A stretch of DNA of 61,357 nt from a virus (taxonomy: Duplodnaviria; Caudoviricetes): positions 1 through 61,357 of the IMG/VR virus record IMGVR_UViG_3300048584_000008. One strand, written 5' to 3'. Positions 28,581 through 38,094 of the stretch are shown piece after piece. The translations under genes and the position numbers were made by a program. Numbering within the stretch: the first letter of the stretch is position 1; each line of letters starts with the position of its first letter. Below the pieces are notes generated by a model that had not been told where the DNA came from, searched no databases, and saw only the letters and a program-made list of their open reading frames with translations.

Positions 28581-29786
28581 ATGGTTGACCAGAGTGGGCT
28601 TCAGAGTTTCGTACAGCAGGTGCAGGGTACCCACACAGCGGGGCAGGCTAATGTCCCCTCATCTGTGAACAACGGCAATCCCAACACCGTGTACAATTGG
28701 TCTAGCTATAAGCCTACCGTCTCTCAAGGGACGGGGGGCTTACCAGCTGTTAACTTCGACTTGATTACCTCGCAGGCCCCGGCCTCTTCGCCGGGCTATA
28801 CTCCGCCCTTCACAGCGGACCCCTATGCGGCTATGCTGCTGGCGGGTATGCCCCGTGCCCAGTCTACTAATAGCGTCAACCAGATTCTGGGTGGCATGTT
28901 TGGCGGAGGCGGGGGTGGAGGCTTCAGTCCTAACCCCTCTAACCCCGGCCTAGGAGGCCCTCAGACGCCGCCTACGGGCATAACTCCTAACACCCCCTAC
29001 ACCCCCCCAGCTGGGCCTAGCCGAGGCGGTGGGCTGCCTGTTGGTCCCATATCGGGACCTATCAATAGTAACCCCCATAACTGGCAGGCTAACTTCAACA
29101 ACGCCAATAACAACTCCCTTAACCCACAGGGTAGACAGGGTGCCCTTCCTTGGGCGCAGACCCTAGGCTACCAGCTGGCAGCGTCTAAGCCATCCACTGG
29201 AGATGGGGCGCTAGATGGTCTCAGGAATGCGTGGGCTACCGTTAAAACTAGCCTAGGTGGGGCTGCAGAGGGCGTAGTGGACGAGGCCAACAGCGAGATT
29301 TCGGAACTACTCAGTACGCTCTCCGGTAAGAATGGGTGGCAGGGCTGGGCGAGAGCCGCTCTAGACGGTGTGTTCCCGGGGCTAGGAGACCTAGTACCGG
29401 AGAGTGACGCCCGCCTACAGACCATCTCTCAGGAGATGTCGGCTAAAGCGCAGGCCCAGCTACAGGCTATGCTGCAGAATGTGGTCGTTAAGAATGGCGG
29501 TAATGCCGCTGTACAGGACAAGCTCAACAATCAGCTGGCTTCTATCATGCAACGGTACACCCAGCAGGCGGGCAACAACGCAGCTAACTCTATTGGCAGC
29601 TCTAACTCTAACACCCCTCAGTGGACTAACGCAGAGTTTAGGCGTCTGCTCCAGAGGAATGCGGAAGATACTGCGTTCCGTAATATGTTTGAGGAGGGGC
29701 GTGCTGGTGACATTGGACAAGAGCTAGGGCGCAAGGCTGAGGAGAAGGTCAAGAAGACCCGCGATAAGTGGAAGAGAATTAAGTGA
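28581..29786 (+). CDS. Low-complexity Gly/Pro/Asn/Gln-rich virion protein
   Basis: GAGGGAG RBS; 401 aa; operon context. Confidence 0.65.
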   Translation: MVDQSGLQSFVQQVQGTHTAGQANVPSSVNNGNPNTVYNWSSYKPTVSQGTGGLPAVNFDLITSQAPASSPGYTPPFTADPYAAMLLAGMPRAQSTNSVNQILGGMFGGGGGGGFSPNPSNPGLGGPQTPPTGITPNTPYTPPAGPSRGGGLPVGPISGPINSNPHNWQANFNNANNNSLNPQGRQGALPWAQTLGYQLAASKPSTGDGALDGLRNAWATVKTSLGGAAEGVVDEANSEISELLSTLSGKNGWQGWARAALDGVFPGLGDLVPESDARLQTISQEMSAKAQAQLQAMLQNVVVKNGGNAAVQDKLNNQLASIMQRYTQQAGNNAANSIGSSNSNTPQWTNAEFRRLLQRNAEDTAFRNMFEEGRAGDIGQELGRKAEEKVKKTRDKWKRIK

Positions 29787-29965
29787 TTGAGTACAACGTA
29801 AAGAAGTCTAATCCAGATGGAGAAAGGGTACACCTTAATCGTATCTTAGCCGATATTCAGGCTAACATCGGTAGTGGTGGTAGCTCTGCCGGTCTACTAG
29901 ACCTAGGCTCGCCGTCTACTGCTAGCAGCTCTGACCCCGTGTTTGACTTTGGGAGCCCATCATAA
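29783..29965 (+). CDS. Small fibre-associated protein
   Basis: GTGA overlap; LDLGSPS/FDFGSPS internal repeat; precedes the tail fibre. Confidence 0.6.
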   Translation: MIEYNVKKSNPDGERVHLNRILADIQANIGSGGSSAGLLDLGSPSTASSSDPVFDFGSPS

Positions 29966-32605
29966 ATGAGTAGTACACTACAACTAAAGAGAGACACTGC
30001 CGCTACTTGGACTGGGCTGAACTATGTTCTAGCTGAGGGTGAGCTAGGAGTAGAGACTGACACGCTACAGATGAAGGTCGGCGATGGTGTAACTGGATGG
30101 AACTCTCTGGCCTATATAGGCGCGGCGGGTGCTGCTGTGTGGGGAGGTATCACCGGCACGCTAGCATCTCAGACTGACTTGCAGACTGCTCTGAATGGCA
30201 AGGTCGGCACTGGCCGTACTATAAGCACTACCTCCCCCTTAACTGGTGGCGGTGACCTTACAGCTAACCGCACTATATCTATACCGGCAGCTACGGCTGG
30301 TGCTCCAGGCCACATGACTGCAGCGGCTATGACTAAGCTAGATGGTATAGCGGCAGGGGCCACCGTTAACTCCCCTGATGCCACGCTACTCGCCCGTGCT
30401 AACCATACCGGCACCCAGCTTGCCAGCACTATATCGGACTTCTCTGCAGCTGTGGCTGCTACTGCTGCCGTTACGGCTAACACTGCTAAAGTTACAAACG
30501 CTACACATACCGGCGATGTGACTGGTGCCACTACTTTGACGATTGCTAACGACGTGGTGACTAACGCTAAGCTAGCTAATGCCCCCGCTAATACGGTGAA
30601 AGGTAACAACACTGGCTCTGCTGCCGATCCTATAGACCTTACTGCAGCGCAGGTACGCACGCTGCTTAACGTAGCAGACGGAGCTACCGCTAACTCGTCT
30701 GATGCTGTTCTACTAGCTAGAGCTAACCACACTGGTACGCAGCTGGCTTCTACTATTTCAGACTTTGCTACTGCGGTTGCCGCCACTGCGGCGGTCACAG
30801 CCAATACCGCTAAGGTCACTAACGCTACCCATACGGGAGATGTTACGGGAGCCACAGCCCTAACTATTGCCAATGATGTTGTTACTAACGCCAAGGCTGC
30901 GAACATGCCGGCGAATACAATTAAGGGTAATAACACCGGCTCTACGGCCGACCCTCTGGACCTGACTGCAGCGCAGACTCGTACGCTACTAAATGTAGCG
31001 GATGGAGCTACGGCTAATTCATCGGACGCTACGTTGCTTGCTCGTGCTAATCACACCGGAACTCAGCTAGCTTCTACGATATCTGACTTTGCGACAGCAG
31101 TAGCGGCGACCGCTGCTGTTACGGCCAATACTGCTAAGGTAACCAACGCGACGCACACAGGCGATGTTACTGGCGCAACGGCCCTGACTATCGCTAACGA
31201 CGTAGTAACCAACACCAAGCTAGCTAACATGGCTACCTCTACCATCAAGGGCCGTGTCACAGCAGCGACTGGTGACCCAGAGGACCTGAGTGCTACGCAG
31301 GTGCGTACACTTATTAACGTGGCTAATGGTGCTACAGCTAACGCCTCCGATGCCTCGCTACGAGACAGAGCTACGCATACTGGTACCCAGACAGCTAGCA
31401 CTATCAGCGACTTTGATGCCTCGTCGAGAGCGCAGACGGAAGCAGCACTTATAGCCGGTACTAATGTCACTATTACGCCCGCAGGCAGCGGGGCTACTCG
31501 TACTCTAACCATAGCGGCGGCTGGTGGTGGCGGAGCAGTGCCTGTACAGGAAGAGGGTTCTACTGTAACTGCCTCTCCTACGGCCATCAACTTTGTGGGT
31601 GCCGGGGTTACAGCTACTGACGTAGGCGGTGTAGCTACAGTCACTATACCCGGAGGCGGTGGTGGTTCTCCCGGAGGCTCTTCTGGGCAAGTGCAGTACA
31701 ATAATGCTGGTGTACTTGGCGGTGCTGCCCTTACGACCATTGGCGCTGGTGGACGCGTTGTTCACGGAAGCTATTACGATGTAACCGGAATCACTATACC
31801 CGCTGCTCCGGGAGCTGGGGTACTACGCATGTTTGCCCGCCCGCAGGCTGGCCGCATGCTGCCAGCTATTATAGGACCGGCAGGTGTTGACACTAACTTA
31901 CAGCCGGCGCTATTCCGTAATTCGGTATACATGTGGCTACCAGGCACTGGTACTACGGCAGCCATTAACTTTGGTGTAAGCTGGACCGCTCGTAACGCCG
32001 GAACAGGGGCAGTGCAGGCCCACCCCACTAAGGCTAGTACCAACGACCTTACTTCCATGAATCGCGCTACATTCGGCACTGGTACTACGGCAACAGGGTC
32101 GAGTGGTATACAGTCTTCTGCTACTGTGGCATGGAGGGGTAACGCGGCTGGGCGTGGCGGGTTCTTCTACTTTTCACGCTTCGGTGTGGAGACATTCCGC
32201 TCCGATATTCAAATACTTAATGGCCTATCAGCACTTAACGCCGCACTGGCCGGAGAGCCGAGTGTGCAGAACAATAGTATTGGTGTGTGTAAGGACGCTG
32301 CCGACGTTAACTGGCAGGTGTTCACACGTTCTGGTACTACAACTACTAAGACGGACACAGGTGTGGCTGTAGCTGCTGGAACTATCCTAGACCTGATGAT
32401 GTTCGCACCGCCTAACGCAAGCAATGTAACTGTACGCCTAGTGGACGCAATGACGGGAGCTGTGTTGGTGGACGACCTAGTAATTTCTACTAACCTACCT
32501 ACGAATACTACGTTCCTTTTTGCGCACAGCCAGATTCGTAGTACCACAGGAATCACAGCTGCTCTTCTTGCGCTCAACCGCATCTACGTGGAAACGGACC
32601 TTTAA
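29966..32605 (+). CDS. Tail fibre (Mtd/hyaluronidase-type N-terminus, 108-aa tandem repeats)
   Basis: [10 protein letters not shown]...[18 protein letters not shown]...WNSLAY; three full repeats. Confidence 0.85.
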   Translation: MSSTLQLKRDTAATWTGLNYVLAEGELGVETDTLQMKVGDGVTGWNSLAYIGAAGAAVWGGITGTLASQTDLQTALNGKVGTGRTISTTSPLTGGGDLTANRTISIPAATAGAPGHMTAAAMTKLDGIAAGATVNSPDATLLARANHTGTQLASTISDFSAAVAATAAVTANTAKVTNATHTGDVTGATTLTIANDVVTNAKLANAPANTVKGNNTGSAADPIDLTAAQVRTLLNVADGATANSSDAVLLARANHTGTQLASTISDFATAVAATAAVTANTAKVTNATHTGDVTGATALTIANDVVTNAKAANMPANTIKGNNTGSTADPLDLTAAQTRTLLNVADGATANSSDATLLARANHTGTQLASTISDFATAVAATAAVTANTAKVTNATHTGDVTGATALTIANDVVTNTKLANMATSTIKGRVTAATGDPEDLSATQVRTLINVANGATANASDASLRDRATHTGTQTASTISDFDASSRAQTEAALIAGTNVTITPAGSGATRTLTIAAAGGGGAVPVQEEGSTVTASPTAINFVGAGVTATDVGGVATVTIPGGGGGSPGGSSGQVQYNNAGVLGGAALTTIGAGGRVVHGSYYDVTGITIPAAPGAGVLRMFARPQAGRMLPAIIGPAGVDTNLQPALFRNSVYMWLPGTGTTAAINFGVSWTARNAGTGAVQAHPTKASTNDLTSMNRATFGTGTTATGSSGIQSSATVAWRGNAAGRGGFFYFSRFGVETFRSDIQILNGLSALNAALAGEPSVQNNSIGVCKDAADVNWQVFTRSGTTTTKTDTGVAVAAGTILDLMMFAPPNASNVTVRLVDAMTGAVLVDDLVISTNLPTNTTFLFAHSQIRSTTGITAALLALNRIYVETDL
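30359..31415 (+). repeat. About 3.3 tandem 324-bp (108-aa) repeats in the tail fibre
   Basis: (N/T)HTGTQ codons start at 30401, 30725, 31049 and 31373. Confidence 0.9.
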
Positions 32606-32625
32606 TTTAATGGAGACTTACTGTT

Positions 32626-32910
32626 ATGGATGATAAGTACACGGAGATGGCTGAGCGTATCGCCGTCCTAGAGGAGAAGGCTCACCGAGACGAGCGTGAC
32701 CGCGACGAAATTAAGCTGGCGCTGCAGCAGATACGCACCTCGCTATCTAACGAGGCGGCTATTATGCATAACCTTCTGAACAAGGTGTCTAAGTGGGAAG
32801 GTAGCTTTGGTGCGGTAGTGTTTGTGACAGGCTGCGTGTGGATGTTCTTCTCAGGTGTTGGCAAGGCAATAATAAACTACGTGAGTCTTACCGGGAGCAT
32901 AGGTAAATGA
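32626..32910 (+). CDS. Holin-like protein (coiled coil plus one TM)
   Basis: ERIAVLE coiled coil then one hydrophobic segment; directly upstream of the spanins. Confidence 0.55.
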   Translation: MDDKYTEMAERIAVLEEKAHRDERDRDEIKLALQQIRTSLSNEAAIMHNLLNKVSKWEGSFGAVVFVTGCVWMFFSGVGKAIINYVSLTGSIGK

Positions 32911-33278
32911 TAGGCACGCTAGATGTGCAGATGTGGGTAGCAAAGAACACAGCCAAGCTGCTGCTAGCTGGGTTGCTGGCGCTAGGGCTGGTAGGATCGC
33001 ATACTGGTGTGTACTTCTATGGCAAGTCGGTACAGCGTACTAGCTTTGCTGCTCAGGAAAACAAGCTGCTAGCTAAGGAACTGGAACTAAAGGATAAGGA
33101 GTTGCTGCTCAACGCCCGTGAGGCGGAGACGGCGGCTGCTGTTACTGCCGCAAAGAATGCCCGCATAGAGAGGGGCCTAGGAGAACTACGTGATGCTGTT
33201 AAAGAAGCTGGTGTTAACCCTAATTGTGACCTTAGCCCTGACGAGCTGCAGTCACTTAAAGATATCGCGGGCCAGTGA
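32907..33278 (+). CDS. i-spanin (Rz-like)
   Basis: N-terminal TM, helical periplasmic domain, C-terminal Cys (PNCDLS). Confidence 0.7.
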   Translation: MIGTLDVQMWVAKNTAKLLLAGLLALGLVGSHTGVYFYGKSVQRTSFAAQENKLLAKELELKDKELLLNAREAETAAAVTAAKNARIERGLGELRDAVKEAGVNPNCDLSPDELQSLKDIAGQ

Positions 33279-33471
33279 GTCCCCGCTGTGGTGCCCCACC
33301 GAAGGAACTTCGGCGAGGCCAGCTAGCCCTGACCCCGAGAGTATCCCCTCGGAGTTCTCAGCGTTTAAGCTATGGACTGGAGAGCTACTCGCTAACTACA
33401 GGCGACTAGAGAATCAAGACTCTATCCTACGCCAGTGCTGGGAACGAGAGCAAGAAAAGAGAAGCAAATAA
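33190..33471 (+). CDS. o-spanin (Rz1-like lipoprotein)
   Basis: Overlaps the i-spanin 3' end; lipobox LALTSC; Pro-rich. Confidence 0.75.
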   Translation: MMLLKKLVLTLIVTLALTSCSHLKISRASESPLWCPTEGTSARPASPDPESIPSEFSAFKLWTGELLANYRRLENQDSILRQCWEREQEKRSK

Positions 33472-33510
33472 AAATAAAAAAAGCCCGGCTTTCGCCGGGC
33501 TTTCGCTTTT
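33468..33510. terminator. Bidirectional intrinsic terminator between the convergent arms
   Basis: A-run, AAAGCCCGGC-TTTC-GCCGGGCTTT, then CGCTTTT. Confidence 0.9.
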
Positions 33511-33895
33511 ACGCCTTAGTAGACTGTGGTTCTCGGATCAGTTCCCAAGAAACAACCCACGCACGCCTATAGTCTAGAAGGAAGTCATCATACGGGTGTA
33601 CGTCGTCGATGCGGGGAATCCAGCTAAACAGTTTCTCGTACCAAGTCGAGGCCTTACGCGGAGGGGTGTAGATAAGGGCTGGGATACTATCGGGCACTAC
33701 CGAGTACCCGGCCTTCTTCAGGGCTAGTACCACATAGTCATCAATCTCATCGTAGCCCACTGAGTAGTACCGCGTCCCAAACTCACCAACAGCCACAGTG
33801 GTAGTGATACTATCGGCTACGCTCTGTAGGGCTAGCTCTCTCTTGTCTACGGACTTAGCCTTAGCATTTGCAGTCTTAGCTTTCATAAGTGCCAT
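33509..33895 (-). CDS. Hypothetical protein
   Basis: AGGAG RBS; LKKAGYSV...VVSW. Confidence 0.7.
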   Translation of the reverse strand: MALMKAKTANAKAKSVDKRELALQSVADSITTTVAVGEFGTRYYSVGYDEIDDYVVLALKKAGYSVVPDSIPALIYTPPRKASTWYEKLFSWIPRIDDVHPYDDFLLDYRRAWVVSWELIREPQSTKA

Positions 33896-33896
33896 G

Positions 33897-34178
33897 TTAT
33901 TCTCCTCTCTTCTTGAAGGGACTCACTACGGAAACGGGCTTCTCATCATCCTCGTTAGCTGGTGGTAGACCCACCCACTCTCGGGTAGTAGGATTGTAGC
34001 CCAGCATGTCACCGTCAGTGTCTATCTCTAGTACTTCTACCCCCATCTTAGCAGCAAAGTCCACTACTCCCTTAGGGAAGACTAGAATCTTATCTTCTAA
34101 GGAGAAGATAGTGGGGCCATCTGATTGCGTTGTTACGGTCAGGCTAGTCGAAGCTACTGTGTCATCCAAGTCGCTCAT
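33897..34178 (-). CDS. Acidic hypothetical protein
   Basis: AAGGAG RBS; operon packing. Confidence 0.7.
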   Translation of the reverse strand: MSDLDDTVASTSLTVTTQSDGPTIFSLEDKILVFPKGVVDFAAKMGVEVLEIDTDGDMLGYNPTTREWVGLPPANEDDEKPVSVVSPFKKRGE

Positions 34179-34344
34179 CGCGGCGTCTCTCCTTTAGCTC
34201 AGCTATTAGTTCCGACCTAAATGATGTAGGTAGAGAGGCACATCGCTTCTCTACTTCTGACTTACCGTAGATAGCACTAACCATCTCGCAGGTACTTGCC
34301 CATTTCTCTACAAAGGCGTGGCTTATAATCACTTGTCCTGACAT
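34162..34344 (-). CDS. Hypothetical protein
   Basis: AGGAG RBS; operon packing. Confidence 0.6.
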   Translation of the reverse strand: MSGQVIISHAFVEKWASTCEMVSAIYGKSEVEKRCASLPTSFRSELIAELKERRRDERLG

Positions 34345-34346
34345 GT

Positions 34347-35087
34347 CTAGACTCCTAGCGAAGTAAACTTAGACTTGTCTGCTACGTTGGCTACGTCTCG
34401 GAACCAAGTTCGGCAGGCAAGGCACTGGAAACGCTGGTACTTACCCGCTGTAGTAAAGGCAAAGCCTCGCTTCTGGAAGTGGTTACCACCACAAGTGGGG
34501 CAAACCTTCTCACCCTGGAACACGGAGCGATTGGGGTGGCCCTTAATCCACGGGAGCAGGGTGTTGTACAAGTCCTCCAGTAGCTGTACGTCGTTGCAGT
34601 TGTACTCCTCCATTATATTCCAAGCCTCGTCATCCCCGTTCATACACTTGAGCCACATCTCGTGGCCTAGGTGACTAGTCTTAGAGCCGAGGCCTAGCTG
34701 CTGAGCAACATAGTCTAGCTTGTTAGACGGGAAGCGGAACTGATTGCGGGCAGTACGGAGCAGGTCAATCTGCTTGTACGGGATAGGCGGAGGTAGGCCA
34801 TGTAGCAGGAACTCTTTGTTAAGAGTGGGCATGTCGAAGCGAGTACCGTTATAGTGGATAACAGCGTCAGCCTCGTCAAGCATAGCGTGTATTCGCTTTA
34901 TCATCTGCTTGGGATTGGAGCGGTGAACAGAGTCGAAGTAAATCCAGTCCTCTCCCAACCACTTAGCTGCCCAGCAGAGGGTGTAGCTGGACTCAATCAT
35001 CTGATTGATACCGATGTTCTGCTTGAACAGACCCCACACTGTGGCGAGGTTAGGTGCCGTCTCAATATCCAGAAGTAAGATTTTCAA
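34347..35087 (-). CDS. RNase H-fold/DEDD exonuclease with C-terminal Zn ribbon
   Basis: LLLDIET, HYNGTRFD, NKLDYV, YNCNDV; CPTCGG...CLAC; TTG start after AAGGGGG. Confidence 0.85.
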   Translation of the reverse strand: MKILLLDIETAPNLATVWGLFKQNIGINQMIESSYTLCWAAKWLGEDWIYFDSVHRSNPKQMIKRIHAMLDEADAVIHYNGTRFDMPTLNKEFLLHGLPPPIPYKQIDLLRTARNQFRFPSNKLDYVAQQLGLGSKTSHLGHEMWLKCMNGDDEAWNIMEEYNCNDVQLLEDLYNTLLPWIKGHPNRSVFQGEKVCPTCGGNHFQKRGFAFTTAGKYQRFQCLACRTWFRDVANVADKSKFTSLGV

Positions 35088-35097
35088 AGCTGCCCCC

Positions 35098-35370
35098 TTA
35101 GTGGCTACGCTGTGCCTCGCGGGCGATGCGGGCGGTAGATACCTCATCCTTCGACGACTTGTTAGGGTCACCAAAGGAGAGCGAGGGACTGAGCACCTTA
35201 CCTACAATAAGCAGCATCATCTTATGGGATGGGGGTAGCTTGTCTTCATCGCCACCAACCGCCTCAAGGGCTGCGGCAAGGGACGGCTCCCACTCAACGT
35301 TAAGCATGAAGTCCGGCTCGCCGTCAACGGCGGTGAATGTAAGAGTAGTAGAGTTAACTTTATTAGTCAT
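35098..35370 (-). CDS. Hypothetical protein
   Basis: AAGGA RBS; operon packing. Confidence 0.65.
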   Translation of the reverse strand: MTNKVNSTTLTFTAVDGEPDFMLNVEWEPSLAAALEAVGGDEDKLPPSHKMMLLIVGKVLSPSLSFGDPNKSSKDEVSTARIAREAQRSH

Positions 35371-35569
35371 TATTATTTTTTCCTTCAGTTAGATTGATGA
35401 GTAGAATCACTAGCTCGATAGCAGGCCACAGCCCGGCAAATACGAAGAGAGACTTCTTATCCATATTAGACAGCTCTCCCTTGTTTTCTACAAGGATGTA
35501 CTCATAGCTTTCATACATAGTAGGTAGGGCCACGGCCCACAGAGACAGGGCTGCGTACCAGCCACTCAT
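35363..35569 (-). CDS. Small membrane protein
   Basis: ATGA overlap; two hydrophobic segments. Confidence 0.55.
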   Translation of the reverse strand: MSGWYAALSLWAVALPTMYESYEYILVENKGELSNMDKKSLFVFAGLWPAIELVILLINLTEGKNNND

Positions 35570-35817
35570 TCTAGTGGACCTATAGTAGTAGTTACCGTGC
35601 AGACAGACCCGGGGTGGGCGTGATAGTGAATCCACACGCCGTCGAACCGCGCCCTAAACCCATAGGAAGTAAGCTCGTAGAAGTCATCACTCCGAACCTC
35701 TATCGCCATCAAGGGCTGGCCCACTGCGGCGCACTCTATCATCACAGGGGTAGACTCGGATGGATGGACTCTGCAGCTCGTCAAGCCCAGCAGTACTGCC
35801 ACTCCTAGTAGCGTCAC
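35566..35817 (-). CDS. Predicted lipoprotein overlapping the endonuclease 3' end
   Basis: GTG after GAGGAG; LLGVAVLLGLTSC lipobox; two further Cys. Confidence 0.6.
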   Translation of the reverse strand: MTLLGVAVLLGLTSCRVHPSESTPVMIECAAVGQPLMAIEVRSDDFYELTSYGFRARFDGVWIHYHAHPGSVCTVTTTIGPLE

Positions 35818-36214
35818 TAAGCCACTCCTCAGGAACGTGGCCTTGTTCGGAAACCGCATAAGTTATACCTCGCTTTTCACACCAGTCAGAGTACCTAGTC
35901 TTACTATTCTTGGCAATCTTATTGTTGCGCATGAATAGTATTCTGATATCTAACGTGGGATTCTGTTCTAGGACTAGCGCCATCTTCTCCCGTACATCTC
36001 TATCTAACTTGCCCTTCGCCTCAATGATAACGCCATTGGGCAGCATGAAGTCGGGATTGTAGGTACGCTTCTTGGCTGGAACCGTGAAGGGTACGCGTAG
36101 CGTCTCGTATTCAAATGGTACCTTATTAGAACTCAGGTAAGCAGCTACCTTCTTCTCGAAACCGCTCTTCAGTTGCTTCGGTTTCGTCGGGGCCTTCACC
36201 TTCTTCGTAGTCAT
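35687..36214 (-). CDS. Endonuclease I (T7 gp3-like Holliday junction resolvase)
   Basis: KSGFEKKVA, YNPDFMLPNGVIIEAKG, YSDWCEKRG. Confidence 0.9.
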   Translation of the reverse strand: MTTKKVKAPTKPKQLKSGFEKKVAAYLSSNKVPFEYETLRVPFTVPAKKRTYNPDFMLPNGVIIEAKGKLDRDVREKMALVLEQNPTLDIRILFMRNNKIAKNSKTRYSDWCEKRGITYAVSEQGHVPEEWLSDATRSGSTAGLDELQSPSIRVYPCDDRVRRSGPALDGDRGSE

Positions 36215-36225
36215 CTGGTAGCTCC

Positions 36226-36987
36226 TTATACATCTGGTTTATCTCCTTCCTTGCGTTGCATCCATAGTAACGTGGCTACTTCCTGCATGGCTTCGTGCCA
36301 CGAAGGTCCGTACTGCTCTTGATACATCTGGGTCACAGCGGCCCTTACTTGCTCAAGGTCCTCGTCTACCGAGGCTATAAGCTTGTCAGCTTTCTTGGGG
36401 CCTATACCGTTGACGCCTCGGATGTTATCCGTTGCGTCGCCAACCATCATCTGCCACCAGAAGAACTTGTCTGCCTCGTGCAAGGACTGATACCAGAACA
36501 CCTTAGTCCGGGGATTGTAGTGATAGCCCGGAATCATGTTGAGGTCTTTGTCAATGGTGACTATGCAAGTACTCTTGTCCGGCTTAGCGAACTGCTGGAT
36601 AGAGATAGCATCATCAGCCTCTATGCCCTCTACTACTTCCACATCGTAGTTGTTAACTAGATACTCGCGTATTTCCTTGTAGTACTTGGGCTTATGAGAA
36701 GGATCGCGGTTACCCTTGTAGGGTAGGATGGTAGCCACATCGTAGCGGAAGTTACCCTTGCCTGTGAGATACCCCTTGTAGTATTCCCTATCGGAGAAGG
36801 TCTCTAGTACGTGGTTGACTGCCGTCTTCGCATTGCTAAGAGCAAAGGGTAGATAGTCTACCTCTAGATAGTCACCGGCATCCTCACCGTTCTCCATCAA
36901 TGCCCGTCTAATCTCCGCATCTGCGGCGAACCCCGAGGCGTAGACCGTGGGGTCTAGGTCTAGAAGGGGGTTTAGGGAAGGTATCAT
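36226..36987 (-). CDS. 5'-3' exonuclease (T7 gp6-like)
   Basis: NFRYDVA...YKGNR, EADD, DKDL, GDATDNIRGVNGIGPKKA. Confidence 0.92.
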   Translation of the reverse strand: MIPSLNPLLDLDPTVYASGFAADAEIRRALMENGEDAGDYLEVDYLPFALSNAKTAVNHVLETFSDREYYKGYLTGKGNFRYDVATILPYKGNRDPSHKPKYYKEIREYLVNNYDVEVVEGIEADDAISIQQFAKPDKSTCIVTIDKDLNMIPGYHYNPRTKVFWYQSLHEADKFFWWQMMVGDATDNIRGVNGIGPKKADKLIASVDEDLEQVRAAVTQMYQEQYGPSWHEAMQEVATLLWMQRKEGDKPDV

Positions 36988-37142
36988 CGAACCAGTACCT
37001 GTAACTCGTTAGCCTGATTCTGTACCCGGATAGCCAGCTCACGGATGAGCTTTATCTTATCGCCTTGGTCAAGCTGGGCCACCTGCTTATTGTCAAAGGC
37101 TAGGTTTAGCAGCTGGTCGTTGTTCATCCAACTAAAATCCAT
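36984..37142 (-). CDS. Hypothetical protein (52 aa, MDFSWMNNDQLL)
   Basis: AAGGA RBS before ATG 37142; ATGA overlap downstream. Confidence 0.6.
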   Translation of the reverse strand: MDFSWMNNDQLLNLAFDNKQVAQLDQGDKIKLIRELAIRVQNQANELQVLVR

Positions 37143-37173
37143 GTCGAAATCCTTAGTAGCAAAGCGTGTGAAC

Positions 37174-37344
37174 TTACTCTTCGTCGAGCTGATTAACCCA
37201 GTTCTTGCTTCTCTTATACGGCTCCATACGCGGGACGGTCTCATCGGTGCTAGCCTTCTCGTCTGCTGTAAGGCGGCGCTTCTTGGTACGATCACGGTGC
37301 TTTCTATCCTTCTCAAGGAAACTCTCTGGCTCTTTCTCTTTCAT
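37174..37344 (-). CDS. Highly charged 56-aa protein (not in ORF track)
   Basis: TGATG coupling; MKEKEPESFLEKDRKHRDRTKKRRL...NQLDEE. Confidence 0.6.
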   Translation of the reverse strand: MKEKEPESFLEKDRKHRDRTKKRRLTADEKASTDETVPRMEPYKRSKNWVNQLDEE

Positions 37345-37688
37345 CAGTACTCCAGTACTCTGACACTAGCGTTGTCCAAACGTCTACGCATGTCCGCCGT
37401 ACCACTACCTCCGGGGAACTGAACTGCTAAATCAATTCCTGTATCTAGCATCTGCTGGTTGCGTATAGAGCCAGCACTTTTGCCGTGCCTTGCCCAGTCG
37501 GCAGCGTATCCCTCAAAGCCATGGCCGCGTTCGTCGGCCCATTCCTCTGCAATAGTATCGGCACCACGAGCCTTGCCACTCACTATCATCAGGGTACCCT
37601 GAGGCTCTTCGTCAAATGCCCCATCTAGAAAAGCAAAGGCACCTTGTCTGTTGGTGAAGTCACGCCCACCATAAATCAACACTCTCAT
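37344..37688 (-). CDS. SLOG-family protein (DUF2493/YspA-like)
   Basis: VLIYGGRDF, IVSGKARGAD, AG.IRNQQML, FPGGSGT. Confidence 0.85.
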   Translation of the reverse strand: MRVLIYGGRDFTNRQGAFAFLDGAFDEEPQGTLMIVSGKARGADTIAEEWADERGHGFEGYAADWARHGKSAGSIRNQQMLDTGIDLAVQFPGGSGTADMRRRLDNASVRVLEY

Positions 37689-37702
37689 TGCTTTTTCCTA
37701 TC

Positions 37703-37778
37703 TGGTGCCAGCACTAGGGCTCGAACCTAGGACCTAGCGGTTATCGACCGCTTGCTCTACCAACTGAGCTATGCTGGC
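37703..37778 (-). tRNA. tRNA-Ile(GAT)
   Basis: 76-nt cloverleaf with CCA; anticodon arm AGCGG-TCGATAA-CCGCT. Confidence 0.9.
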
Positions 37779-37782
37779 TATC

Positions 37783-37866
37783 TGGTGCACCCGGAGGGAT
37801 TCGCACCCCCACTCCTTGCGGAACTGGATCCTAAGTCCAGCGCGTCTACTGTTCCACCACGGGTGC
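37783..37866 (-). tRNA. tRNA-Leu(TAG)
   Basis: CTGGA-CTTAGGA-TCCAG, long variable arm, CCA; T-loop TGCGAAT. Confidence 0.9.
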
Positions 37867-37874
37867 GTGATTAA

Positions 37875-38042
37875 TTACCGTACTGCAATAAGGTTACGGG
37901 TATCGTAGATAAACTGAGAGGAGGTCTTGCGGACGCGGGCAGCAGCTCGGGTGGCATAGCCGTGGCCGGACTTAAGTGTGTTCTTGTTGACCAGAACCCA
38001 GCGCTTACCATTGATAGCTTCATATTCATACTTGGTCTTCAT
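37875..38042 (-). CDS. Basic 55-aa protein inside the tRNA cluster (not in ORF track)
   Basis: AGGAG RBS; MKTKYEYEAINGKRWVLVNK...LIAVR. Confidence 0.6.
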   Translation of the reverse strand: MKTKYEYEAINGKRWVLVNKNTLKSGHGYATRAAARVRKTSSQFIYDTRNLIAVR

Positions 38043-38094
38043 GTGTCTCTCCTACTGGGGGTCAGAGGAAATCCCGCCTCGACTTCGGGTAAAG

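Noticed and set aside
30359-31415. CRISPR array or diversity-generating retroelement at the Mtd-like fibre
   Set aside because: Repeats are in-frame coding units without spacers; no reverse transcriptase and no adenine-specific TR/VR pair seen
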